64,000 nt of DNA from Somniosus microcephalus (taxonomy: Eukaryota), in contig CM126202.1 in the NCBI GenBank assembly GCA_052327205.1, positions 105,338,001 through 105,402,000 on the forward strand, in the 5' to 3' direction. Shown here piece by piece: positions 50,228-63,387 of the stretch; the stretch's first letter is position 1; each line of letters begins with the position of its first letter. The notes under the pieces were generated by a model, which worked only from the letters and a program-made list of their open reading frames with translations, was not told the DNA's origin and ran no database searches. A program made the translations under genes and the position numbers.

Positions 50228-51177
50228 TAAAGTGAGAAAAGGCTGGTAGATCCCACCCAGGATGCCATGTGGTTTATCAGTGCTGCCTGCAGATAGATCG
50301 GCATGGTTGTGAACTGATTATGTATGTGTGCCAGGATTTCATATCTACCAATGGGCTCACTTCTACTGACAGCACTACTGGTGGGTCTAGACCCCGATGA
50401 TCAGCCGGCCATGCTGAAGAGCAGAGTTTAACCATGGTATCCTCAAATTCTAGCCCTCCTAAAACCTTCAGCTATGATGGACCAGAACTTGAAGAGCAGG
50501 GGTAAAAAACTGGATGAAGACCTGAACAGCGAGCGAGGGGAAGAAAAGATTATAAGAGTGAGACGAAAGTGGGTGGAAGGGAGAAAGAGAGAGATGGTAA
50601 ATGAAGTCTGGCAACCACCCCAGACACTGTAGCATCTGTATGGAACTTTGCAGCTCCTGTGATGGGATGTGTTGGTACTGCATCAAGAAGATCAAGCACC
50701 TACATTGTATTGCTTCCCTGAAAACCAGTTTAGGAAAAGCTGGCCATTTGATTGATGGGACGTGCAAATCTGAACCATCCAAATATTTCAATTCTAGAAA
50801 GCCTTTTTCAAATTCTATTTGTATTATCATGGTGGTGGGGTGCGGGGGTGGGGGGGGAAGTGGGGAAGGTGAATCTTTGTAAAATACGTGAGAGCTGGAG
50901 GTTTTGACATGTCAAATTCAGGACAACTATGCCCACAATACCTTTTTACACTTGTGCCTTTCAAACACCACCATTCATGTCTGGCCTTTTGTATAGGACA
51001 GTTACCCTGAGGATGAAAAATAGCATCAGGTCTGTGTATGTAACCTGAGGTGTTCTTTACACTGTAAATGGCCTAGAAGTAAGTGTTGTGCTGGTCACTC
51101 ATAGTGTGCTTGGACTTGGTGAATCATTAAACTGTTGCATAATGTTTGTCTACACATGATCACAGTCAATATGATTT

Positions 51178-51830
51178 TTTTTATGCGTTCATGGGATATG
51201 GGCGTCGCTGGCAAGGCCAGCATTTATTGCCCATCCCTAATTGCCCTTGAGAAGGTTGTGGTGAGCCGCCACCTTGAACCGCTGCAGTCCATGTGGTGAA
51301 GGTACTCCCACAGTGCTGTTAGGGAGGGAGTTCCAGGATTTTGACCAATCGACGATGAAGGAACGGCGATATACTTCCAAGTCAGGATGGTGTGTGGCTT
51401 GGAGGGGAACTTGTAGGTGGTGATGTTCCCATGCGACTGCTGCCCTTGTCCTTCTAGGTAGAAGAGGTCGCGGGTTTGGGAGGTGCTGTCGAAGAAGCCT
51501 TTGCGAGTTGCTGCAGTGCATCCTGTAGATGGTACACACTGTAGCCTTTGTACGCCGGTGGTGGAGGAAGTGAAAGTTTAAGGTGGTGAAAGGTATGACT
51601 CTGAGCATGACTATGTCAGGCTGTTGCTTGACTAGCCTGTGGGACAGCTCTCCCAATTTTGGCACAAGTCCCCAGATGTTACTGAGGCGGACTTTGCAGG
51701 ATCGACTGGCTGTAGCCGGTGCCGAGGTCAATGCCGGGTGTTCCCTCCGGTTTTATTTTTATTTTGTTTTGCAACGGTTTGTTACAACTGAGTGGCTTGC
51801 TAGGCCATTTCAGAGGGCAGTTAAGAGTCA
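51178..51830 (-). mobile_element. L2-group (Crack/Daphne-like) LINE: 3' end joined to a 5' fragment
   Basis: HHRRT..VCTIYRMHC..WNSLPNSTVG and tail (reverse complement GGGCAATAAATGCTGGCCTTGCCAGCG), joined near 51600 to APE-start sequence ELSHRLVKQQPDIV. Confidence 0.75.
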
Positions 51831-51837
51831 ACAAGGG

Positions 51838-52085
51838 AACGGTAGCATAGTGGTAATGTTACTGGGCTAGTAATCCAGAGGCCTGCACTAATGATCCAGA
51901 GACGTGAGTTTAAAATCCCATCACGGCAGCTGGGGAATTTAAATTCAGTTAGTTAAATAAATCTGGAATAAGGTGACCATGAAACTATCAGATTGTCGTA
52001 AAAAACATCTGGTTCACTAACGTCCTTTAGGGAAGGAAATCTACCGTCCTTACCTGGTCTGACCTATATGTGACTTCAGATGCGC
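51838..52085 (+). mobile_element. tRNA-derived SINE
   Basis: A box TAGCATAGTGG, degenerate B box GAGTTTAAAATCCC, body CTGGTTCACTAA.GTCCTTTAGGGAAGGAAATCT. Confidence 0.7.
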
Positions 52086-53362
52086 AGCAATAATTATTTT
52101 AGAATGCTGTTTATGCCTCCATGTCTTTGAACCTACTTTATTTACTTCTGTGATTTATCAGCCAGATAGATATGAAACGGAATACAGTACTTTAAAATAG
52201 CTACTGTGCAGTCCATTCAACACTTAACTTTCAAAATATACAGTAATTTACAGGACTTGCACTGAGGACAAAACTTCCTATAAATCAGTTCAGTTGGTGC
52301 ACTATGCAAGGTGAATTACTTCATGTGATACACAATGATGTTGAACCTCTGCAGCTTTTTAGGGACATGAACTTGTTTTTAAAAATAAATACAAAATGGC
52401 ACTTTATGTTCTATAGCCCCAGCTAGCAAGTTTCTGAACTTATTATCTAACTTGTCTTAATTATTCAGTTGTGTGCTATAGCCTGATGGGGAGATAGGGT
52501 CATCGCACAATCGGGTCAATGTTTTGCAGTTATCAAGGGAAAATGGACAGAATCGCAAATGTGATCCTCCAAACATGAGCAAAAGTCCTGAAATTCTTCA
52601 TATAAAATGAAATTTGACTTATTCACTTACTGTAAAATAGTGGTGCTAATTATAAACTGGTAGAATTTCAGTGTGATCATCAGAACGCTGGTAAAATTCT
52701 CGGGATTGCCATGTAACAAAAACATACGCAGGTCGCCATTAATCAATGACCTGTCAATAATTACGTGCTGTGGTAACTATTTTCACAATATGCTTTGTAA
52801 GCACTTTACACTTTTGCTACAGGGTGAGCTATGAGAGACTTTAGTTTTTCTTACATTGCTCAGAAGTTACCATTACATCTGGTAGATGCACACTTCAGAG
52901 ATCTTTTTGTTGAATACTTATTCAAATTTCTCTCTTTCACTATCCTTACTAATTCGAGTTTGTTTTTAAGGGCTGGAGTAATAGACACTTTTCTAGTCTT
53001 CCTCTGGAAATTCTTTTCGGCAGGATGATCAGAATTTTCCTGCTTTCTGATAGAAAATACTTACTGCCACGTATGTGCCCTGCAAGAGAAATAACTTTAC
53101 TCTGTCTTGCTGGAGAATCTGTATTGACTCTCAAAGCTCAGCTTTGTAAACACATTCACAACACTATATATGATGGTTGACGGGACTTCTGGCTGTTGAC
53201 GCGGTCATGGATGATATGTTCTCTTTATTGCTGGTGGACTGTTTCCTGCAGATGTTTTCTTTTGTAATATTACCATTAGTTCCTTTCCCATTATTTTCTA
53301 CTGACACCAAAAAGGGAGACACATGGGTCTCTCCCAGTAATGTGTGTCTTTCATGTGTGGAG

Positions 53363-54249
53363 CAGCAACAACAACAACTTGTATTTATATAGCACCTTTA
53401 ACATAGTAAAATGTCCCAAGGTGCTGCATAGGAGTATTTTAAGACAAAAAATTTGACACCGATCCACATAAGGATAAATTAGGGCAGGTGACCAAAAACT
53501 TGGTCAAAGAGGTAGGTTTTAAGGAGCATTTTAAAGGAGGAAAGAGAGGTAGTGAGGCAGACAGGTTTAGGCAGGGAATTCCAGCGCTTAGGGCCTAGGC
53601 AACAGAAGACACGACCACCAAAGGTTGAACGATTATAATCAGGGCTCCTCGAGGGCAGAATTAGAGGAGCGTAGATATCTCTGGGGGTGGGGGGGCTGAA
53701 GGAGATTAGAGATAGGAAGGGGTGAGTGATTTGAAAACAAGGATGAGAATTTTGAAATTGAGGCGCTGCTTAACCAGGAGCCAATGTAGGTCAGCGAGCA
53801 CAGGTGTGATGGGCAAACGGGACTTGGTGCAAGTTAGGACACGGGCAGCCGAGTTTTGGATGACCTCAAGTTTACGTAGGGTGGAATGTGGGAGGCCAGC
53901 CAGGAGTGCGTTGGAATATTCAAGTCTAGAGGTAACAAAGGCATGGATGAGGGTTTCAGCAGCGGATGAGCTGAGGCAAGGGCAGAGATGGGCAATGTTA
54001 CGGAGGTGGAAGTAGGCGGTCTTTGTTATGATGCTGATATGTGGTCGGAAGCTCATTTCAGGCTCAAATATGACACCAAGGTTGCGAACAGTGTGGTTCA
54101 GCCACAGACAGATGTTGGAGAGAGGGATGGAGCCAGTAGCTAGGGAACGGAGTTTGTGGCGGGGACTGAAAGCAATGGCTTCGGTTTTCCCAATATTTAG
54201 TTGGAGAGAATTCCACAACTGTTGGACAAGCAGTCTGACAATTTAGAGC
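53363..54249 (-). mobile_element. L2 LINE 3' fragment
   Basis: LQLNIGKTE, YFHLRNIA, LIHAFVTSRLEYSNALL, IQNSAARVL, LHWL. Confidence 0.93.
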
Positions 54250-54253
54250 AATA

Positions 54254-54652
54254 AAGAAAGAACTTGGATCTATATAACGCCTTTCATGGCCTGGGGACAT
54301 CCCAAAACGCTTTTGAAGTGTAGTCACTGTTGTAACGTAGGGAAATGTGGTGGGAAATGTGGCAGCCAGTATGCAAGGTCCCACAAACAGCAAGCAGACA
54401 AATGACCAGATCATCTGTTTTTGGTGATGTTGGTTGAGGGATAAATGTTGGCCAGAATACCAGGAGAACTCGCCTGCTCTTCTTCAAATAGTGCCATGGG
54501 GTCTTTTATGTCCATATTTATCCCTCAACCAACACCACGAAAAACAGATTATGTGGCCTTACAGTGACTACACTGCAAAAGTACTTCAATGACTGTAAAA
54601 TACTTTTTTGGACATCCTGTGGTCGTGAAAGGCATTATATAAATGCAAGTCA
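54254..54652. mobile_element. Deu-SINE pieces in inverted arrangement (54254-54512 minus, 54513-54652 plus)
   Basis: ATCTGTTTTTGGTGATGTTGGTTGAGGGATAAAT versus ATTTATCCCTCAACCAACACCACGAAAAACAGAT. Confidence 0.7.
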
Positions 54653-54654
54653 TT

Positions 54655-54863
54655 TAATATAAGAAATAGGAGCAGGAATAGGCCATTTGGCCATTCAGTA
54701 AGATCATGGCTGATCTTCTACCCCATCTCCACTTTCCTGCACTATCCCTATGTCCCTTGATTCCCTTAATATTTAAAAATCTATCGATCTCTGTCTACAA
54801 TATACTCAACGACTGAGCCTCCACAGCCCTCTGGGGTAGAGAATTCCAAAGATTCACCACCTT
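54655..54863 (-). mobile_element. CR1 3' end fragment
   Basis: ATAAGAAATAGGAGCAGG..GATCATGGCTGATC, the reverse complement of a CR1 3'UTR. Confidence 0.85.
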
Positions 54864-55063
54864 CTTTGTTTGTATACCATTAGGGACATTTTTATTGATG
54901 AACCTTTTATTACCCTATCATACTAGGCATTAATTTATACTGGGGTATAGCTGTGCTGAATCCCACAATATAGTTATTATTTCTAAGCATTAGGTGTGGG
55001 TCAGTACATAATGTGCACAAGGGATTAGGTATGTGTGGTGCTTTATATGTCTATGTATCTATA

Positions 55064-55737
55064 CAGGAAACTTTCGATTAACCAGCCACTAAATAACCGG
55101 AAATGTCGGTTAACCGGCAAAATTCAGGAGTCAGTTCAGATAACTTTTTTTTACTTTTAGTTACTTTTTTTTACTCATTTCTGGCTGTGTAAGCGTCTAA
55201 CTGAAGCTGTTGCTAAGCTACAGAGACGCTTGCAAGCTGTACTGATTGTTTTGAAGCTGTTGGTAAGCAACAGGGTTTGTTGCTTTAGACGGAGCGCTGA
55301 GCTCCGTATCTTTTAAATATAGCGCTCGATTCTCCAGCACGGTGGCATAGTGGTTAGCACTGTTGCCTCACAGCGCCAGGGACCCGGGTTCGAATCCGGC
55401 CTCGGGCGACTGTCTGTGTGGAGTTTGCACATTCTCCTCGTGTTTGCGTGGGTTTCCTCCGGGTGCTCCGGTTTCCTCCCACAGTCCAAAGATGTGCGAG
55501 TTAGGTTGATTGGCTATGATAAATTGACCCTTAGTGTTAGGGGGATTAAATACGTGGGGTTACGGGGATAGGGTGGGATATGTGTTGGTGTAGGGGTTAC
55601 GGGGATCGGGTGGGATATGTGTCGGTGCAGGCGCGATGGGCCGAAATGGCCTCTATCTGCACTGTGGGGTTTCTGTGATTGTTGATAGACCGGCACCAGC
55701 TCGGTCCCGTCCGTGCCGGATACCAGAAAGTTTCCTG
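55064..55737. mobile_element. TA-target MITE family A, copy 2 (contains a V-SINE)
   Basis: TIR CAGGAAACTTTC / GAAAGTTTCCTG with TA flanks. Confidence 0.9.
55335..55680 (+). mobile_element. Full-length HE1-like V-SINE
   Basis: Near-identical to 15709-16020, plus an extra ~37-bp GGGGTTACGGGGAT.GGGTGGGATATGTG unit. Confidence 0.93.
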
Positions 55738-56939
55738 TATAAAGTAAAAGTGATTGATATGGCAACAGTTCTGAAGTGAGTTTAAAAAAAATCAATTCCT
55801 CTGGACACTTAAAGAAGGTTGCCTTAAAATGATTTTAATCATTCATAGCTTATAAATGATGTAGGTTATGAGATGTGATGTCTGATAGCATTTATAAAGT
55901 GGTACAGTATGTTGGACCAGAGCTTATTTCCTCTTGGAATAGCATCATTTTGCTGAAACCTAACTTTGCTTAGTTATTTTTTATGCCTTTTTCTTCATGT
56001 AATGTCAATGGTTGACTTGTATGTTCATTTAGTAGTTCTCGGAAGAGATAACAAACATACCTTCATGCTTGGTGAAGTATTATCAGGGTGCAGAGTTACA
56101 GCGCAGTGAATGGAGCGCTTGTTTGCCTTTTCTACGTAGGGAATTAATATCACAAATTCTGTTTCATGAATGGCGCAGAAATGGTTAGACTTACTGGATT
56201 ATTGGCTGTGCAGCTTCGTATTCTGTAGAAAGTCGGGGGATCCATTAATTAGTACTTAGCGGAACTGAAATTGTGCCAGATTGCAGCATAGTGCACCCCA
56301 GGAGTTTGGATTGGCAATCAAACACACTATGTGAATTATTTTAGGAGCCACCACCCTTTAAAAGTATATTTGCTGCTGAAACCTTAAAATCTGGTTAGAC
56401 TGATCTGAACAAGCATTTTTTTTATCAAAGTTGTACATTCGTTGTAGAAAATTAAATGTTATTGCATATTTCAAAATCCTAACTTGCTGTACAGACATAC
56501 TTTTACAATAACTGCAGTAATTTTTTTCTTTAAATATGTGGGGCTAAATTTAAAGAAAATATGCTGAATGGGGAGATTTGACTTCACAGCCTCGTACATT
56601 CGATTTCATTCAGTGAAGGCTGACATTCAAACCTGCTAACTCTACAGAAGGTGTGATTAGTTTTTATGGGTTCTCAGCCTTGTTGCAAGGTAACGCTTCT
56701 TACCCAAGGTTAAATGGATGCACTGGTAAAATGGTAACAACGTTGACAGATTCAAAAGGGGAAAGTATGGAAGGAGGCTCATTACAGGTGCAGTATTTTT
56801 CTGTAAGGTTTAAAATTTGAACGGTTGATGTCTTTGATGAAGTTAGAAATGCTTGTCTCTACAACTATAGTTATGGACGGTTTCAGGTAGTCTTCCTAAA
56901 ATGCCTGAATGCTTTTAAATCACCTGATGGGCCTTTTTA

Positions 56940-59127
56940 AAATTCGTTCTGGGGATGTGGGCGTCGCTGGCAAGGCCAGCATTTATTGCCCATCCCTAGT
57001 TGCCCTTGAGAAGGTGGTGGTGAGCTGCCTTATTGAACCGCTGCAGTCCGTGTGGTGAAGGTACTCCCACAGTGCTGTTAGGGAGGGAGTTCCAGGATTT
57101 TGACCCAGCGACGATGCATGAACGGCGATATATTTATAAGTCAGGATGGTGTGTGACTTGGAGGGGAACTTTGAGGTGATGGTATTCCCGTGCACCTGCT
57201 GCCCTTGTCCTTCTATGTGGTATTGGTCGTGGGTTTGTGTGGTGCTGTCGAAGAAGCCTTGGTGAGTTGCTGCAGTGCATCTTGCAGATGGTACACACTG
57301 CAGCCACGGTGCGCTGATGGTGGAGGGAGTGAATGTTTAAGGTGATGGATGAGGTGCCAAACAAACAAGCTGCTTTGTCTTGGATGGTATTGTCGTCTTG
57401 AGTGCTTTTGGAGCTGCACTCATCCAGACAAATGGAGAGTATTCCATCACAATCCTGATTTTTTTTTTTAAATATTGGTTCCTGGGATGTGGGCATCGCT
57501 GTGCCTTGTAGATGGTTGAAAGGCTTTGGGGGGTCCAGAGGTAAGACACTCTCTGCAGTATACCCAGCCCTTGTAGCCGCAGTATTTATGTGGTTGGTCC
57601 AGTTAAGCTTCTGGTCAGTGGTGACCCCCCAGGATGTAGATGGGGGATTCGGCGATGGTAACCCCATTGAATGTCAAGGGATGGTGGTTAGACACTCTCT
57701 TGTTGGAGATAGTCATTGCCTGGCACTTGTTACTTGCTACTTATCAGCCAAAGCCTGAATGTTGTCCAGGTTTTGCTGCATGCAGGCATGGACTGTTTCA
57801 TTATCTGAGGAGTTGCAAATGAAACTGAACATTGTGCAATCATCAGTGAACATCCCCACATCTGACCTTATGATGGAGGGAAGGTCATTAATGAAGCAGC
57901 GGAAGATGGTTGGGCCTAGGACACTGCCCTGAGGAACTCGTGCAGCAATGTCCTGGGGTTGAGATGATTGACTTCCAACAACCACAACCATCTTCCTTTG
58001 TGCTAGGTATGACTCCAGCCAGTGGAGAGTTTTCCCCCTGATTCCCATTGACATCAATTTTACTCAGACTCCTTGATGCCACACTCTGTCAAATGCTGCC
58101 TTAATATCGAGAGCAGCCACTCTCGCCTCACCTCTGGAATTTGGCTCTTTTGTTCATGTTTGGACTAAGGCTGTAATGAGGTCTGGAGCCGAGTGGTCCT
58201 GGCTGAACCCAAACTGAGCATCAGTGAGCAGGTTATTGGTGAGTAAGTGCCGCTTGATAGCACTGTTGACGACACCTTCTGTCACTTTGCTGCTGATTGA
58301 GAGTAGACTGATGGAGCGATAATTGGCCGGATTGGATTTGTCCTGCTCTTTGTGGGCAGGACATATCTGGGCAATTTTCCACATTGTTGGGTAGATGCCA
58401 GTGTTGTACAGGAAACTCTTTGGTATCTGGCATCGACAGGACTGGCGTGGTGCCGGTTTATCAAAAAGTCCGGATTACAGAGAGGTATAGTTAAAAGGTA
58501 TGAGAGCTCCGTACACAGCAACAAATCCAGGCTTCCCTGTTGCTTAGCAACATGTGCAGGAACTCCGGCCGCAGACCAAGCATCCCTGTTGCTTAGCAAC
58601 AAGTGTAGGAGCCCCAGTTACACAGCCACAGATCCAGGAACTGCCACTAATATGAAGTAAAACTTACCTGAACCTACTCCTGAATTTTGCCGGTTAAGAG
58701 ATTTCTGGTTATTTAGGTGCCGGTAAATCGAGAGTTTCCTGTAGCTGCACTGGAACAGCTTGGCTAGAGATGCAGCTAGTTCTGGAGCACAAGTCTTCAG
58801 CACGACAGCCGGGATGTTGTTGGGGCCCATAGCCTTGGCTATCCAGTGCACTCAGCCGTTTCGTGATATCACATAGAGGGAATCTAATTGGCTGAAGATT
58901 GGCTTCTGTGATGGTTGGGATGTCAGGTGGAAGCCGAGATGGATCATCCACTCGGCACTTCTGGCTGAAGATAGTTGCAAATGCTTCAGCCTTATCTTTT
59001 GCACTTGTGCTGTTCTCTGCCATCATTGAGGATGGGGATGTTCATGGAGCCGCCTCCTACTGTTAGTTGTTTAATTGTCCACCACCATTCATGACTAGAT
59101 GTTGCAGGATAGCAGAGCTTTGATCTG
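56940..59127 (-). mobile_element. L2-group (Crack/Daphne-like) LINE, RT and 3' part
   Basis: KAMGPNNIP, WKIAQICP.HK.QDKSNPANYRSISLL, QFGF, DIKAAFDRVWHQG, VPQGSVLGP, MFTDDCT. Confidence 0.85.
58409..58741. mobile_element. TA-target MITE family A, copy 3 (opposite orientation), inserted in the LINE
   Basis: TIR CAGGAAACTCT / AGAGTTTCCTG with TA flanks; splits LFQCSY|NTGIYP. Confidence 0.9.
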
Positions 59128-61240
59128 AAAACAATTACTCTCTCTCACCCTGGCCGTTCCCCCTGGTATGGCCCTCATCTTCGCTCCCTTAATTCCAAGA
59201 GACGCAGACTTGAATGGATATGGCGGACAACTGGTTTTGCCATTCACCGCCAGATCTGGCTAGACCACATAAAACATTATCAGGTCCTGCTTTCGTCTGC
59301 CAAAATTGCTCACTATTCCAGAATCATTCTGGAATGCAAAGATCAACCCCGGCTCCTATTCTCTACTGCTAACAATCTTAAACCCCTCTCCCCTGTCTCC
59401 TCCACCCTCACCTCCGACAACAGATGCGAGGAGCTCATGGACTTCTTTATCTCTAAGATTGAGACCATTCGTTCAGCTGCCTCTGCCACTTCCCTTCCTT
59501 ACCCTAGCCCACTGGGCCAAACTTCCTCTAAGGTTCCCCCCTGCCCTAGCCCTGGACTCGCATCTTTCTCCAGTTTCTCTCCAATCTCCCCTCATGACCT
59601 CTCAACGCTCATCTTGTCCATGAGACCCACTTCTTGCTCGCTCGACCCTATTCCCACCAAACTGCTGACTACCCAACTTCCTTTTCTGGCTCTCATGTTA
59701 GCTGACATTGTTAATTGTTTTCTCTCCTCGGGTATTGTCCCCCTCTCCCTCAAATCTGCCGTCATCACCCCTCGCCTCAAAAACCTTGACCCTTCCGTCT
59801 TTGCAAACTATCGCTCCATCTCCCTTTCCTCTCAAGTCCTTGAACGTGTTGTCTCCTCCCAAATCCGTGCCCATCTTTCCTGGAATTCCATGTTTGAATC
59901 CCTCCAATCAGGTTTCCGCCCTTGCCACTGTACCGAAACGGCTCTCATCAAAGTCACAAATGACATCCTTTGTGACTGTGACAAAGGTAAACTATCCCTC
60001 CTCGTCCTCCTTGACTTGTCTGCAGCCTTTGACACAGTTGACCACTCCATCTTTCTCCAACGCCTCTCCACTATCGTCCAACTGGGTGGAACTGCACTCT
60101 CCTAGTTCCATTCTTATCTATCTAATCGTAGCCAGAGACTCGCCTGCAATGGCATCTCTTCCCACTACTGCATCATTACCCCTGGTGTCCCCCAAGGATC
60201 TATCCTTGGCCCCCCTCCTATTTCTCATCTACATGTTGTCCCTTGGCGACATCATCTGAAAACACAGCGTCAGTTTCCACATGTACGCTGACGACACCCA
60301 GCTCTACCTCACCACCACTTCTCTCGACCCCTCCACGGTCTCTAAATTGTCAGACTGCTTGTCCGACATACAGTTCTGGATGAGCAGAAATTTTCTCCAA
60401 TTAAATATTGGGAAGACCAAATCCATTGTTTTCGGTCCCCGCCACAAACACCGTTCCCTAGTCATTGACTCCATCCCTCTCCCTAACATCTGTCTGAGGC
60501 TCAACCACACTGTTCGCAACCTTGGTGTCATATTTTACCCTGAAATTAGCTTCTGACCACATATCCACAGCATAACTAAGACCACCTATTTCCTCCTCTA
60601 ACGTTGCCCGTCTCCGCCCTTTCCTCAGCTCATCCACTGCTGAAACCCTCATCCATGCCTTTGTTACCTCTTAGACTTGACTATTCCAATGCACTCCAGG
60701 TTGGCCTCCCACATTCTACCCTACGTAAACTTGAGGTCATCCAAAACACAGCTGTCCGTGTCCTAACTTGCACCTAGTCCCGTTCACTCATCACCTCTGT
60801 GTATCGCTGACCTACATTGGCTCCTCGTTGAGCAACGCCTCAATTTCAAAATTCTCATCCTTGTTTTCAAATCCCTCCATGGCCTCACCCCTTCCTATCT
60901 CTGTAATCTCCTCCAGTCCCACAACCCCCTGAGATATCTGTGCTCCTCTAATTCTGCCCTCTTCAGGATCCCTGATTATAATCACTCAATCATTGGTGCC
61001 TTCTGTTGCCTAGGCCCTAAGCTCTGGAATTCCCTGCATAAACCTCTCCACCTCTCTACCTCTCTTTCCTCCTTTAAGACTCTCCTTAAAACCTACCTCT
61101 TTGACCAAGCTTTTGGTCACCTGCCCTAATTTATCCTTATATGGCTCAGTGTCAAATGTTTTGTCTTCTAATACTCCTGTGCAGTGCCTTGTGACGTTTT
61201 ACTACAGTAAAGGTGCTATATAAATACAAGTTGTTGTTGT
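59128..61240 (+). mobile_element. L2 LINE (RT to 3' tail) nested in the Crack-like LINE
   Basis: PTSCSLDPIPT, LQSGFRP.H.TETAL, LLDLSAAFDTVDH, GVPQGS, YADDTQLY; tail ATAAATACAAG(TTG)n. Confidence 0.95.
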
Positions 61241-61580
61241 TCTTTAGCAAGTATGTAGTCCTGTGTTGTAGTGTCACCAGGCTGGCGCTTCATTTTTAGG
61301 TATGCCTGGTGCTGCTCCTCATTGAACCAGGGTTGGTCCCCTGGCTTGATGGTAATGGTAGAGTGAGGGGTATGCCGGGCTGTAACATTACAGATTGTGG
61401 TGGAATGCAATTCTGCTGCTGCCGCCGATGGCCTGCTGCTGCCAGTGGCCCACAGCGCCTCATGGATGCCCAGTTTTGAGCTGCTAGATCTGCTCGGAAT
61501 CGATCCCATTTAGCATTGTGGTAGTGCCACACAACATGTCCTCTGTGTGAAGACAGGACTTTGTCTCCACAAGGACTGTA
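61241..61580 (-). mobile_element. Upstream part of the Crack/Daphne-like LINE
   Basis: WHYHNAKWDRFRADLAAQNWASMRRCGP, TIKPGDQPWFNE. Confidence 0.75.
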
Positions 61581-63308
61581 GCAAAGGATCCTTCAATGTG
61601 TTTTGGCTTTATTCAGGCATTTGCAGACAATGTAGAATAAGGTGGTGCCAATTTCTAATAAATTGATGTATTAACTGACGACAGAAGATCACACTCCGGA
61701 GACATCAACTGTCAATGCAGGGTTGTTAGCGGATTATTTGCGTGCACAAATATTACTAATCCACATCACTGCTTTGATTCTATTTCAGTGACATATTCTT
61801 ATATTGAAATGCCCATTTAAAAATGGAAAGAGGAAATGTCAGCTCCAAATTTCCTTCGGACATTCTGGTAGATTATTCCTTGAAGGCGAGGCCACAGTGG
61901 GCAGGAAATGAAGTGGGACCTGGTGATGCCGTGTCTTTGCCCCAAAGATTAGTACCCGGGAATTTCCTCCGAGGGAGGGTGGAGGCGGGACTGGCAGGGT
62001 GGCATAATCCGCTGGAATACCTTCTGTTTCTACCTCCTAAGCCTCGAATGTATTGGACACTGTCAGGAGAACGGCAGCGAGTAGAGTACAGCAGTGTAAG
62101 TGGGGCCCATGAGTGTTCCAGGCCAGAGTCGTGGCCTAGAGTACTCCAGAAGGGAAAATTCTGCCCCACTAAAATCAGCTTTCTTATAAAGGGGGCCAAT
62201 TCCAACCTGCTACTGGCATGTTCCAAAAGTGGCCAGGGCCAAATTCTAAATCCCTCCCCCAACCTAGTGGGTGGCCAAAATGCATCAATACTGGCCCAAG
62301 CCTACTGCCAAAAATATTTACATTGTTTCACCTTGGCAGGGTCAAGACCGGAGGTCACCTGCAGTTGCAGTTCCCGCTCTACTATAGTTACAGTGGTGGA
62401 GTGGGATTACGGATATTCGGCTCCTTTCATTTTACAAACAAAATCACCTTCCATGAGTTTTGAACCAAGCGCTGCTCTTTGTGGAGAAATTCATCTTGGT
62501 TTGGCTTATTTTTCCTCTTATCACTAAAGGAATGTCATTGCTTCTCCTTCTGGCAAGACATTGAGGAAAATAATATATCATTGTACCTTGTTTGTACTCC
62601 ACAGCTGTAATATAAAACCTAGCCTGCAACATACTCTTGTCCAATTTTTTTAATATATAAAATGTATGAGAATGCATTCAATTCAGAACTGGTAAATTCA
62701 GGAATCAATCCCAAGAAAACTTGTGCAAAAGAACTATTATTCAGTCTAGGAACATTAACTTGTAACACAGTGAATACAGATGGTAAAAATGTGTGCTAAC
62801 ATTTAGCACCTCTTCACTTGACAATGCAAATGTGAAGAGAAAGACTATCAAATGGCAATCTTAGACAGATCATTTTCTTAAAAACCCAGTTAGAAGCTAA
62901 GGAAAACGTAAGTGGGTGAGTCACACTATATTTGAAGAAATTCCACACAGCACTGAAAATGGGAATACGGCAGAAACCCAATTCATTTGTACATTGCTCA
63001 GTATGTCAACACTAAAATTGTTTAGATGGCAAAACATGTACACATACGGCACTCAACCCCTCATTCCTCAATTCGGAGGCATTCCAATTTTCAGTTGCAA
63101 TCTTCTGCCTGGCTTTCAGTTGACCACTGCCAGTAACCATTATGACTCTGGTTGCCAACATATTCCAGGCGGTTTCAACACATGACCTTCTGCCTCCAAC
63201 CACTAAACAATCTTTTTTTCCCCCTCACCTCCAATAACTAATAAAGAAAAGTGTTGAAAGGAAATGGAACAAAACACACGTTTTTAGTACCGTTACAATT
63301 TTTCTCTT

Positions 63309-63387
63309 GGGTTGCTGAAAGCAGTGTCCAGGAGATTAATCTTTAATTCCTGGAGACTCCAGGACAATCTTGGATCATTGGCAACCT
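63309..63387. repeat. Tiny hAT-like palindromic MITE remnant
   Basis: Ends GGGTTGC..GGCAACCT; internal hairpin CCAGGA..TCCTGG. Confidence 0.4.

Noticed and set aside
61823-62527. 234-aa ORF
   Set aside because: No recognisable domain. It crosses a GC-rich segment ending in a TIR-like AAAATTCTGCCC, so it is probably a chance ORF over decayed DNA-transposon sequence.
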